Source of the DNA: Eledone cirrhosa
Lineage: Eukaryota
NCBI GenBank assembly: GCA_964016885.1
Contig: OZ024745.1
Location: 51,708,001 to 51,772,000 of the forward strand
Reading direction: 5' to 3'
Length of the DNA: 64,000 nt
The notes beneath the pieces are model-generated. The model did not search any database, was not told the DNA's origin, and saw only the letters and a list, made by a program, of their open reading frames with translations. Made by a program: the position numbers and the translations under genes. Below are positions 28,849 through 40,831 of this stretch, piece by piece. Numbering within the stretch: the first letter of the stretch is position 1; each line of letters opens with the position of its first letter.

Positions 28849-28855
<7 letters not shown>
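28503..28855. repeat. Head-to-head palindromic element with U3-A8 hammerheads
   Basis: Arms ~28503-28641 and 28648-28783, right arm continuing to (TA)n at 28855; + strand 28685-28719 TTGAAAA-gca(gaag)tgc-GAAA-ccgg-TA-aagg. Confidence 0.85.
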
Positions 28856-28929
<74 letters not shown>

Positions 28930-28933
<4 letters not shown>

Positions 28934-29800
28934 AAAATATGAAATTTCATTTCTTACACTTAGAACGGCTGATATTTAAATATAAATATGTATACGTACA
29001 TACACATATCTATACACACGTACATTAGTATGTATATACATACATACATGCACACATATATATGTACTGATGGCAGATAATAAGCTAGAAACTAGTTCAT
29101 CTTTCCCTTGTCAGTGTTGAACAAAATGGCAACGATCGTTGCCGAACACTGTACGGCTAATAATTCGGACTGTTTGTTTACAAACAAACTGATCACTATT
29201 ATAAATCTTCGGTAAACCCATACGTATATATATATATATATATGTGTGCATGTATGTATGTATATACATACTACTGTACATCTGTATACATATATGTATG
29301 TACGTATACATACTTATATTTTAGTAACAGCCGTACTAAGAGTGAGAAATGAAATTTCATTTTTTCCATTTATCGTTTCTGTTACGCACGGCCGACTAAC
29401 TTACTCGATATGCAAATTAGGCTACTCAGCCGTTACTGTGCATAAGGAAAGTATATACTTTCAAACGTTTAATCAACTGACGGGAAGGTATACGGTGTTG
29501 ATACAGCTAATAAGCTAGAAACTAGTCCATGGTTCCTTTGTCAGTGTTGAACAAAAGGGCAACGATGGTTTCCGAACACCGAGCTAATCCGGGCTGTTTG
29601 TTTACAAACAAACCGTGTATTATAATAAATGTTGGGTAAACCCATACGTACATATTTATATGTGCGCATGTATGTATGTATATACATACTACTGTACATC
29701 CCTATCATATATGTATGTACGTATACATACTTATATATATAAAAGTAAAATTTTATTTCTTGCCCTAGCACAGTTGATACATAAATGTAAGTATGCATAC
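28930..29800 (+). repeat. Tandem copies of the ~420-bp unit, inverted relative to 27025-27720, with a short inverted head
   Basis: Units from ~29065 and ~29495 each contain ag(c/a)t-aata-agct-a-GAAA-ctag-TY; 28930-29060 is the oppositely oriented terminus. Confidence 0.75.
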
Positions 29801-29810
29801 GTACACACAC

Positions 29811-29844
<34 letters not shown>

Positions 29845-29870
29845 CACCTCCGATATATATATATATATAT

Positions 29871-29902
<32 letters not shown>

Positions 29903-30073
29903 GTATGTATAGGTTATATCGAACATAAATAATAATATCCAGTTTATTTGAAAAGAAACGGCTCGATTAAAGCTATGCCGTGCCGATGACAAATTATCAT
30001 CTGTTTATTCAATACCGGCATTGAGGAACAATCAACATGTTTCTGGGTCATTACCCTTTATTATGAGTGTATA

Positions 30074-30267
30074 AGTGGTTAGGGTATTCAGTATCCGTAG
30101 AGAGTCGGACGCCATGCTTTGACGCATAGAGTTACGGCCCTTGCCATTTTGAGTTCAAATCCCGCCGAGGTTAACTTTGCCTTTCATCCTTACGGGGTCG
30201 ATAAAATAAAGTACCAGTAATGCATTGGGTAATTGCTGGCCTTGTGCCAATAGTAGAAACAATTATT
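30074..30267 (+). mobile_element. tRNA-SINE copy
   Basis: B-box GAGTTCAAATCC, conserved core, TSD AGTGTATA at 30066-30073 and 30268-30275. Confidence 0.88.
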
Positions 30268-30458
30268 AGTGTATACGTCTGCCTATCCATTGAACGATTG
30301 AAAATATATAATATTCTTAAGTACACATTGGCGAAATAGTCTCATTTGCATACTGAACGAGTTACGGCTGACCGTACCGAAAACTGAAATTAAATTAGAA
30401 TTTTATTTCTCATGTTAGCACAGCTGATACATAAATTTAAGTATACATACGCACACAT

Positions 30459-30491
<33 letters not shown>

Positions 30492-30500
30492 AATATATAA

Positions 30501-30667
<167 letters not shown>

Positions 30668-30760
30668 GAAGTAATTACGTCGGAAAGGTCCAGCAAAAAA
30701 GAGTGCTCTATGTAGGTTACAGAGCTTAATAGTTATGTAATAAACAAAATAAGGCGATTA

Positions 30761-30821
30761 TTTCATGTACCAGTGGTTTCTTGAAAGCAAACAAATTTTG
30801 CTTTCAATCATCAGAATGAAA
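30761..30821 (-). ncRNA. Type I hammerhead ribozyme
   Basis: tttcatt-CTGATGA-ttgaaagcaaa(atttg)tttgctttcaa-GAAA-cc(act)gg-TA-catgaaa. Confidence 0.75.
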
Positions 30822-30885
30822 AAATCCTGGTGCATTTATTGACATTGGATTTTAAAATCCAATGTCAATAAATACACCAGGATTT

Positions 30886-30946
30886 TTTCATTCTGATGAT
30901 TGAAATCAACATTTGTTTGCTTTGAAGAAACCACTGGTAAATGAAA
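30886..30946 (+). ncRNA. Type I hammerhead ribozyme
   Basis: Perfect stem I tttcatt/aatgaaa, CTGATGA, GAAA, cc(act)gg, GUA cleavage triplet; stem II has a few mismatches. Confidence 0.75.
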
Positions 30947-31135
30947 TAATTGCCTTATGTTGTTTATTACATAACTATATATATATATATATATATATTA
31001 GAAAGTGAGGTTTTTTTTACAAAATGAAAAATAACCGAGGTGTCCTACACGAGTGGAAGTATAAAGAAAAAGAGATGAAATCGAAAATGCAACTGAAGTC
31101 TTATTTAAAAAAAAAATATATATATTTATTTGGTT

Positions 31136-31173
31136 CCTTTACCGGTTTCGCAGTTCTTCTGCTTTTCAAAAGG
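31136..31173 (-). ncRNA. Minimal hammerhead, U3-A8 variant
   Basis: cctt-TTGAAAA-gcag(aagaa)ctgc-GAAA-ccgg-TA-aagg. Confidence 0.7.
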
Positions 31174-31245
31174 TGAGTTGAGATGGAGGGTCTGTGGTTT
31201 TTCTCACATCTGAGAGAAAAACCACAGATCCTCCATCTCAACTCA

Positions 31246-31280
31246 CCTTTTGAAAAGCAGAACTGCGAAACCGGTAAAGG
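31246..31280 (+). ncRNA. Minimal hammerhead, U3-A8 variant
   Basis: cctt-TTGAAAA-gcag(aa)ctgc-GAAA-ccgg-TA-aagg. Confidence 0.7.
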
Positions 31281-32335
31281 AACCAAATAAATATATATAT
31301 TTTTTAAAAAAATAAGACTTCAGTTGCATTTTCGATTTCATCTCTTTTTCTTTATATATATATATACATATTTTTATATATATATATACATATTTTTATA
31401 TACATATATAAATAGTTGCATGTATACGAAATATATACATATACACCCACACTCATGCATATATATACATATATATTCAATCAAAGAAAAACAAATTGAG
31501 ACAAGGAGAGAGTAATACAATGAGCGTACGTTTTTAGTGAGTATGATTACGTGCCACGAGAATGTATACATATCCAATTGTCAGTACTACAATATGTCAT
31601 TACACGCACAGGCCATCAATATACTCTCACACGCACAAACACAGAATTATATGGATATATATATATATATATGTATATTTATATACATTTACACACACTA
31701 TTGTACTTATACATAAACTCACATACAGATTTATAATTGTGTGTAATGTGTGTGGGGGTATATGGGTGTGGGTATATATGTGTGTATGAGTGTGTATACA
31801 TGTGTGTATGCGTTTGCGGCGATGCCTGTGTTTAAATATACCAAATATAAAGTGGACTTATGATAAGACACAAGAAAATGTGCATTAAAAGAGTATTAAG
31901 GCATCTTACGTGAGACATTTTGACAGCTTAAGTGTTCTATCGAGATATACATTGCAATTTAGTGAATTAGTAACTCAAAAAATGTGAGCTGTAAAAGAGC
32001 TAACTTTATTTTACGGCCAGTCTCTGAGAAACATACTCAATATAACATTATATATTTCCTTTGAGTAATTGCTTGCCTCGGTCGGGTTACATTCAGTTGA
32101 AATTAAAAGTTTTACGGTAAAGTGGCACTTAGAATTTAAATCAATACTCATGTTCTTACGCATTGAATTAGTATGAATTCCGCTGAAGAGCAAGGAATTC
32201 ACCCTTCATTTGTTTATTTATGAATGTACTTTAGTCTATATAGTATCGCATACATACCTGAGCACCCACACATATATCGACACACACGCACACAACACAC
32301 ACAGACATACACAAACCCGCACATACACCCCACCC

Positions 32336-32370
<35 letters not shown>

Positions 32371-32938
32371 CATCTATAAACATGTGCATATATATAAAAC
32401 AAAAATACAACGTTCTCTATTAAATTGAAGATACTGGAAAGATCCACCTCCTATGTCAAGGGGAGAAACATTTGCCAGCTGTATAACTCGGGGAAGTGGA
32501 ATTTTCTCTCTCAACTGGCTTCAGGGAAATCTGCATACATACGCTTCTACGACTGCTTCAAATGCTGTCGTCACGAAGCAAAATTTGTTGTGGAAAATGA
32601 TCTAGACTAGATTAACTGAATGTATTTTCTTCGATGTTTCAATTCAAACCTTGGTCTCCATTTGAAACACAAGTTTTCCATCCTTGATTTTTTTTATACT
32701 CATCCCCATTTTCATTATTTAAAGTAATGGTCTATTTATATCCTTAGAACTTTCTTATACTTTCTAGAATCTCCACGATGGGAAGCCATTTTTTTAATGA
32801 CAGTCTGAATAAGTTGGAGTACAGAACCCAACGAAATTTAAGTAACAGTACATGTCATAGTTGTAACTAATTATACTACACTCATCATATGAACTGAATG
32901 CTTTGCACCCTTGGATATTAATACCAAATTCGTACTAC

Positions 32939-32991
<53 letters not shown>

Positions 32992-33091
32992 ATAATAATA
33001 AATTTGAAGACTAAAATCCAAAGAGATCTCGATAAGGATAAATATATATCAGATATATAAGAATCGTAGAGCAAATATTTATTAAAATTTA

Positions 33092-33135
<44 letters not shown>

Positions 33136-33521
33136 TTATAAATGAGGATATCCTTATAGTATTTGATCAGACAAGTTGTGGGAAGGTCAATGTACTGTTA
33201 TGATTATTGTTTGTGGAGATCAGATGAATCCAGCGAAACCCTGTATGGTAAGCTCGGAAATATTGGGAAAATTCTCGAGAACAGAGAATTAATGTGTATT
33301 TAAAGACAAACAAAACGCTTTTAATAATTCAGTACATCTTCTTTTAATCTACACACTGTTTGGTAATGAGAAGAAAATCACTCATCGTCACATAAGGAAT
33401 TATATAAGTAATTTTGCGTCCGTTTGACAGAGCATAAATATGCAAATAAACAAATGTAACGCACAATGTAATAGGAAAATAAATTAGACAATTATCAAAG
33501 TTGTGTTCAAATCATTTAATA

Positions 33522-33566
33522 GCTGACAATTGTTTCTTCCAAACTTTCGTTTGGGGTCATCGAAGC
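33522..33566 (-). ncRNA. Degenerate hammerhead motif
   Basis: gct-TCGATGA-cc-ccaaac(gaaa)gtttgg-aa-GAAA-caattg-TC-agc; core mutated. Confidence 0.4.
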
Positions 33567-33776
33567 ATTATCAATGTTTGTACAGCTAATTAACCTCCTA
33601 TTCAACTGAACAATCGTATAGATACATATATATTGATGTTGTGAGCAACAGTTTCGTATTTACAGGGTGTACTGGATGCGACATATATTATACGAGAATA
33701 GTCTAATAATTAAAGAGGCATTGAGAAAGAAGCATTGAGAAAGAAAGAGTACATTAACAGTACATATGCAAGCGTT

Positions 33777-33807
<31 letters not shown>

Positions 33808-33811
33808 ATAT

Positions 33812-34904
33812 ACCAGATAGAAAAATGCATACAGTAAAAAAAAGTAATATTGTTGGAATATAAACCTTTAAAAATACAGGACAAGAAACTAAAATAAAAC
33901 TTTAAAAGAATAGGACAAGAAACTAAGATAAAACTTTAAAAGAATAGGACAAGAAACTAAGATAAAACTTTAAAGAATTGGACAAGAAATAAAAAATGTT
34001 ACAATAATATTAGTGGCAACATTTTATTGGTAAAAAATCGAGTTCCACATTCATAGGCACTGGGTTCCACATTCAGAGGTCGTCGTCAGACTGGGGGGAT
34101 CATTTGATCCTGGTTTGAACACCAATTGGGCCATAACCATACCCCTATTTCATCATTCGGCGACACGCCTCATGTGTCATGCATAATGTGAATGGACCCA
34201 TGGGCCCATGAGCACAGATCTTGAGCAGCAGCGGACGGTCTTGTCGTCCCGCTCATCCTTGATCTTGACCAACCCGTCCATCTTCTCCTTGCATCTTGTC
34301 CTTGAGTTCAAGTCCGGCAGTCCAGATGAATGTGTGCCACAGCTTTCTGGTACAGGAAGGGGGAGCAGGAGGACTAGAGGGATGACGGGACAGAGGGAGG
34401 GAGGACCGTTGGTTGAGGGAGGTGCCGTAGTCGGTGGTCAGAGTCGACATCTTGTCCCGGTCGTCTTCTCCATATTCGTCTGGTGTTGCGGGACCAGAAG
34501 TGCATTCTTGGAGGAGACCTGCAGCTGCATCGGCCAATTCTTCTTGCAATGGTCATTCGGACGGAGCAGACTGCTCAGCCAACCAACCCCAGCCAGCACG
34601 AATCGCTCAGGGGCAACGCATAATGAGAGCATGACAATTATTATGCACTAATCAAGAAGATACTGGGGCATAGCATAGGAAACGAATAAAAAAATGTTGC
34701 CACTAATATTATTGTAAAATCTTTTATTTCTTGTCCAATTCTTTAAAGTGTTATCTTAGTTCCTTGTCCTATTCTTTTAAAGTTTGATCTTAGTTTCTTG
34801 TCCTATTCTTTTAAAGTTTTATTTTAGTTTCTTGTCCTGTATTTTTAAAGGTTTATATTCCAACAATATTACTTTTTTTTGCTGTACGCATTTTTCTATC
34901 TGGT
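33812..34904. mobile_element. Foldback-like structure: ~217-bp inverted repeats around a GC-rich core
   Basis: 33812-34028 is the reverse complement of 34685-34904; each arm contains ~4 copies of a ~34-bp unit ggacaagaaactaagataaaactttaaaagaata. Confidence 0.7.
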
Positions 34905-35176
34905 CTACTATTTTTTAAGGCAATGCAAGCAACAACTATCTAATAATTAAATGATCATAGTGAATTACTGACAAGTGATTGACATTTAAAGTTCTTTTGA
35001 GTATAATTGCAATCTAGTTGAGGCAACTGGCTTAATGACAAAGCTAGTAAATCATGAATGCATTTGAGATGATTAGTGCATAATAGTGAATTGGTGAAAC
35101 TTGTGCATTTCAATGGTGTTACAACAATAGATGTAAGTTATATAGTAGTAATACTTTATCATTTTAAATTTTTAGA

Positions 35177-35536
35177 ATGGACAAAAACCCATGCAAAGAA
35201 ATGACTTTGATTGCAGTGATTCTCTCCAATTTACTTACAAAGCAAAACGTGGTCAAATACCTTATCATCTCTGATAAAATGCCCATTGAATCACTGAAAA
35301 TAGGATGCATGGAATTCCTCATAAAATGCACCTATGAATCGGAAGCCATCACATATATCAATGGATATAGGGAGTTGTTCACACTGGAAGACCTTCACTT
35401 CATTTGTGACTTCATCAGTTATCTCCACGATTATCTCAGACACCCAATGCCATTGATGAGAGGTGATCCAATGTGTGAGCATGTAACTAATCTTATAGAA
35501 GTTGTTATCGACCACCTGGCTTTTAGTGACATTTGA
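35177..35536 (+). CDS. Hypothetical 119-aa protein
   Basis: ATG-initiated, high-complexity ORF; possible 43-nt GTAAGT..TTTAG intron at 35133-35175; no recognised motif. Confidence 0.3.
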   Translation: MDKNPCKEMTLIAVILSNLLTKQNVVKYLIISDKMPIESLKIGCMEFLIKCTYESEAITYINGYRELFTLEDLHFICDFISYLHDYLRHPMPLMRGDPMCEHVTNLIEVVIDHLAFSDI

Positions 35537-36497
35537 CTGATTTGACTGATATTGATGTATTTTTTAAAAGTATGTGCACATTCTTGTTACTATTTTAAGG
35601 CAATGCAAGCAACAACTATTTAATAAAATTTAAATTTAAAAATGACCATTGTGCATTACTAGTATGATGACATTTTATTAAGTCACAAAATTAGTCAGTC
35701 AGCCATAGAACAAGGATCAGGTGGCAAAATCATTGGCAAAAATTTGTGTCAATTTAAGATTTCCAACAGTGTTCAAATGAATCATATCTGGTTTGAAGTC
35801 AGATTTGTCAAATTTTGACCAATTTTCAATGTTGTGAAGATTGGGTAAGTTCAATTTTTGAATCATTTCTTTCATGCAGTAATTAAACTTTTCCAAACGT
35901 CGTCATTTCTGGATTACCTCCCCTAGCGTCACGCTTACTACTCACTCACTTGAACACAAGATTTATCAGCAAACTTTGATTATAAACTTTTTCCCGCTGG
36001 ACCAAATTTCTAGATTTTTAAGCCAAAAGATGCGTAATGATCTACTGTTCATGCTCATATAAGTTTTATCTCAGTTAAATAGAGTAGAGCCGCGCTGTAC
36101 TGTCGTAAACAGACAATTGCCAACGAAAACACGACCACAACAATATTACTAAACGGACTACCGTCCGTTTAGGATATATGTATGTATATATATAAATATA
36201 TATATATATAAATATATATATATATAAATATATATATATAAGAATGTATGTATAGTATATTTGATGATATACTGTATGTTTAATTAAAAACATTTTCAAG
36301 ACCTTTCGCTATTATTTTGAAGTAGTGACTATGTCGCATCCTTCTTTTTTCAGCAAAGGAAGGGAGATAAGATGACAAATCTGTTTGACACTGTTGGTGT
36401 TATCAGAGCCCTGTACTCACCGACCTCTGCTGAAATTTATAGAGGCTGGATTCTTATAGAATTCTAGTAATAATCAGGAACTGATTATACAGAGCAA

Positions 36498-37430
36498 TTG
36501 CCGGTCCTCCCCCTCACCACACTAAACTGCACCCACGCCCAGCCCCCACTAGTTGTCACTATAACCACTGACCTCCCCCTCTCCGCACCTGACCGCTCAT
36601 TCCTCAGTAGAGGCCTTCGCTTCATACCCCACACTCCGCACAGCGACGAGTTCGCACCCGATCGGAAGTTGAACGATTCGTGCGACGCACGAAACTACGG
36701 GCACATTTCCATGACGCCACCGGCTCCCAACATCCCAAACCCGTTTCTCGCCCTGGGCCGACGACCATCGTCTTGGACGCCGGCACCAGGGCAATTTAGC
36801 ACCCTGGACACATTCATCAACTTCTGCCGTAGCGCAGTAAATTGCTTCGATTTCCACCACCGTTCCAAACCGAATAACATCTCACGGGGCAAACTCCTCG
36901 CTCTCCGCTCCCTCCGTAGCCGAAATGACATCGTCATCAAACCGCCGGACAAGGGAAGCGCCGTGGTGGTGTGGCGCGCTGACCTCTAGACGGCCCAAGC
37001 CCTCAGGCAGCTCCGTAACACCCTCTTCTACCGCCCTCTACCCTCCAACCGCATATCACTCTACCAACAACAAGTATCCTCCACCATCAAACACCTTGTC
37101 TCTTCCTCCTCCTCCCTCCCACCGCTTCCCACCTCATCGTCCGCACCTCTAATATCTACTTCCTCCCCAAACTCCACAAACCCGACACGCCCGGCCGCCC
37201 CATTGTCTCCGCTTGCAACTGCCCCACCGAGCTCATCTCCGCCTTTCTTGATTCCATCCTCGCCCCCCTTGTCACCACCCTCCCCTCTCACATCTCCGTC
37301 ACCAACCACACCGTTCGCCTGTTCGACTCCTTCACTTTCCGACCCGGCCCACACCCCCTCCTCTTCACCCTAGATATCAAGTCCCCTACGCCGACGGCCT
37401 ACGTGCCCTCCGGCAATACCTCGACCTTCG
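36498..37430 (+). mobile_element. Penelope-like RT 5' fragment (non-Naiad type, C-rich), disrupted
   Basis: LSRGLRFIP, DIVIKPPDKGSAVVVW; in shifted frames YFLPKLHK..GRPIVSACNCPTELISAFLD..LFTLDIKS. Confidence 0.8.
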
Positions 37431-37454
37431 CTATATATATATATATATATGATC

Positions 37455-37517
<63 letters not shown>

Positions 37518-37646
37518 CTAAGAAGACTGATCGATATGCTGATGCTATATCAAGCGTTAACCTAATACATACCTTCCATTTACTGTACTGATTGCGTTGT
37601 TATTTCTGTTTACCTTTTACATATATATATATTTATATATATACAT

Positions 37647-37700
<54 letters not shown>

Positions 37701-37707
<7 letters not shown>

Positions 37708-37966
37708 GAAAAGGGAAATAAGTCCCTTGCAGTGAACTACCGTCCCATCTCACTCACCTCTCATATTATCAAGGTATTTGAGAGGGTGGTGAGATCACGA
37801 ATAACCCACTTTCTTGAAAGCAACGGCCTGCTGAACTCCAAACAACATGGGTTCCGTAACGCAGCTCCTACATCACTTTGACGATGTTTTGAGAGCCTTG
37901 GGAGAGGGCTCCAACACTGATGTCATCTACCTTCATTTCAGCAAGTTTTTTGACAGGGTTGATCAC
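37701..37966 (+). mobile_element. CR1/L2-group LINE RT fragment
   Basis: NYRPISLTSHIIKVFERVV...QHGFR followed by DVIYLHFSK.FDRVDH. Confidence 0.75.
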
Positions 37967-38275
37967 CTTGAACTTCTTCTCTGCTCTTTACGCCTTACAT
38001 CCACTACGATTTGTATTACTCTCTGAACTTACTTTCTGTACCCTTATATTCTTTTTCTCCCTTATCTCCTCTTATATTTAAACTTTTTCCTGTTATTTAT
38101 TTTCCTTATTCCCTCCTAATTTCTACCATACTCTTTTCATACCCACCTTTTTTATTTATAGATATTTATTGCTGTGTGTATGTATGTGTTGTGTATATGT
38201 GTTTATATGTATATATATATGTATGTATATATGTGTATATAATTATATATATCTGTATGTATATGTATGTGTGTG

Positions 38276-38309
<34 letters not shown>

Positions 38310-38389
38310 GTTATATAAATATATGTGTGTGTGTGTTTATATGTGTGTGTATATTTTTATTATCGTACGGACGTAACTTTTTGTATATA

Positions 38390-38420
<31 letters not shown>

Positions 38421-38797
38421 ATATTTATGTATATATATATTTATATATATATATATATATAATAGCCGTCGAAACGGCTTGAGCTCTGCCGTTGAGGTCA
38501 TACTTTTTCCTATATATATATATATCTATTTGTATGTTTGTGTGTGTGTGTGTATGTATATATGTGTAAGTATATCCATAATTACATAAAGAGTGATTTA
38601 ATGTTTATTTCCAAGATTATTTGCTCCAGGAACTTATGGAGTGCTCTAAATCAGCTATAAACATTTATACCTTTATATATTTATGTATTATTTGTCGTAT
38701 TCCCAACTAATTGTTTACCTCTTCCACCTTTTTATTTTTATAAATATATAATATTTATGTATTTTCTTATATATATGTATATATATACATATATATA

Positions 38798-38949
<152 letters not shown>

Positions 38950-39052
38950 CATTTCAGGTTATCAATAATGTAGTGATAATATATCGTTACGTTAGAGATG
39001 AACAGCGTACGTGCAGGTTTGCTCAACGAGTATAAATTATATTCCGGAGAAA

Positions 39053-40831
39053 ATGTAGAAAGGATGAATATAAAATGAAAGTGCTTTTTTTAAAAAAGGA
39101 ATTTATTAGGTATTGACATATGTTTCTGTAACAGACGGAATACCTATGTATCGCTGCTTGCGTAATCATATAATGTTAGCAAGTATTCGATAGCAAATGT
39201 ATAATCAGTTGTCACTTCTTCAGAGATTTTGGATAAACTGGATAAAATCAGAAAAATTGAAGTATTTATATTAGTAATAGAGCAAGAAACAGAGGGGATA
39301 GTATATGACAGATGGTAAATTAATTTACTGCTAAACAAGTATATAATGGGTTTCTAATGAGAATACCATGAGTAAATCTAAATAAGAATTTTGGGAGTGC
39401 CAATTTTAATCTCTACTTGACCAACTGGACAGTGGACAGGGCTGGTCATTTGGTGCAGTAGTATTAATTATAAAGTGTCAATTGGGGAAGGGGGAGATTT
39501 CGATTGCTACTAAATAACATCAATGCTAGTAGCCAGCTGGTATATGCATTAGGGAATTGAATCAAGAAATCACAAATCTCATTTTATCTATAGCAGTTTG
39601 TATTAAAAGGTAAATAATAGAAGAGTTGATAGAATTAAGACTAATAAAGAATGTTAATATCTATTTTGACAATCAAACGGGGATAGAGACAGGCGTTCAA
39701 TCCTGGTAGTATTTATAATATGAAAATGTAGATTTTAAGCGATGGTTACAGTATAACGATCGCTCTATTCTGTTATTCAATAAAATGTTTTTGGATTTCA
39801 TAATACAAAATAATTCCACATTACATAATTTACAAAATTCCTGTCCATGGGAAAAATGGGGGTGCAGTCGCTATTATATCCCATTTTAGGTGAAATTGTT
39901 GGTTATTTTCACGCAGCTGCCAAGCCTTGTCTGCGAGTGTTGTTACATAACGCTGGTTTTCATGTTTTATCGAGTAACGATGTCTATAAAGGCGTGATTT
40001 GAAGGAGGTGGCTGTAGATCCCACATAGTACCACTTCTGTCTATCTGATTCGATAGTACATTTGTATACGATGTTGCGTTCAAGACACTGATTGTTCAAC
40101 GGACACATTCCTGGTTGGACACAGTTGCAATTATAATTTTGCGTTGTTGTATTGCCATGGATGGGTTGATGAGGTTGCTTATGTAGGACAGGATGTTGTT
40201 TGTTGTTTTGTGATTTTATAGCTAATGTTTTACGTGTATTGTTATGTGTTGGAAGGCGTTTATACAACCGTTTTGCGTTAAGCTTTTTTATATGTTGTTC
40301 AATATTAGGGGCGGTTGAATATGAAAGTCGAGTAGTGTTAGGGTTTAAGATTTTATTATATTTATGTGATGTTGGAAAGTGTTTTTTAACTAATCGAAAG
40401 AATTTTGAGGGTAGATTGGTTTTAATAGAGTTGTTATAGACCGGGTTGTACCAAATATACTCCTTACATCGCCTTCTGTTTGGTGGTGTGCGACTATTAT
40501 TGTGTCTATTGCGGTAGTGTATGTATGGTGGTGATTCTGTGCTATTTCTACTCCTATGGGATTTATTTTGGGTGTTTTGGTGATCTTTGACTATATACTC
40601 TATATTATCTAGGTGACCGGCTTTCCTAAGTGCATCATCATAATATTCGGCATGTTCTTTGAAGGTGTGTTGGTTGGACGACAGGCGGGAGATTCTAAGA
40701 GAAACATTTCTAGGGATGGATTTAATTATAGAGAGTGGATGGTTAAAACTCGTATTTACATATTTAAGGTTCTCATTTAGTTTATGGAACGGTATAATCG
40801 TATCTGTATTGAGATTGAAAGTAACATCAAG
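39053..40831 (-). mobile_element. Inverted 5'-truncated arm of the Penelope-like element at 40832-43851
   Basis: Reverse complement of 42073-43851; ORF 39830-40834 nearly identical to the C-terminal 333 aa of the 728-aa ORF. Confidence 0.95.

Larger units (their letters stand above)
30998..31352. repeat. Second palindromic element of the 28503-28855 family, long arm on the left
   Basis: Arms ~31061-31206 and ~31211-31352; both outer ends abut (TA)n. Confidence 0.88.

Noticed and set aside
32400-32790. Protein-like minus-strand stretch beginning MASHRGDSRK
   Set aside because: Multiple stops and no recognisable motif; cannot be assigned without a search
33220-33450. CAGATGA..GAAA motif and RLTEHKY peptide as PLE relics; similar partial motifs near 530-605, 52340 and 60360
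   Set aside because: Too degenerate; stems or core are incomplete
33868-33990. 34-bp repeats as a CRISPR-like array
   Set aside because: Head-to-tail tandem units without unique spacers, in a eukaryotic context
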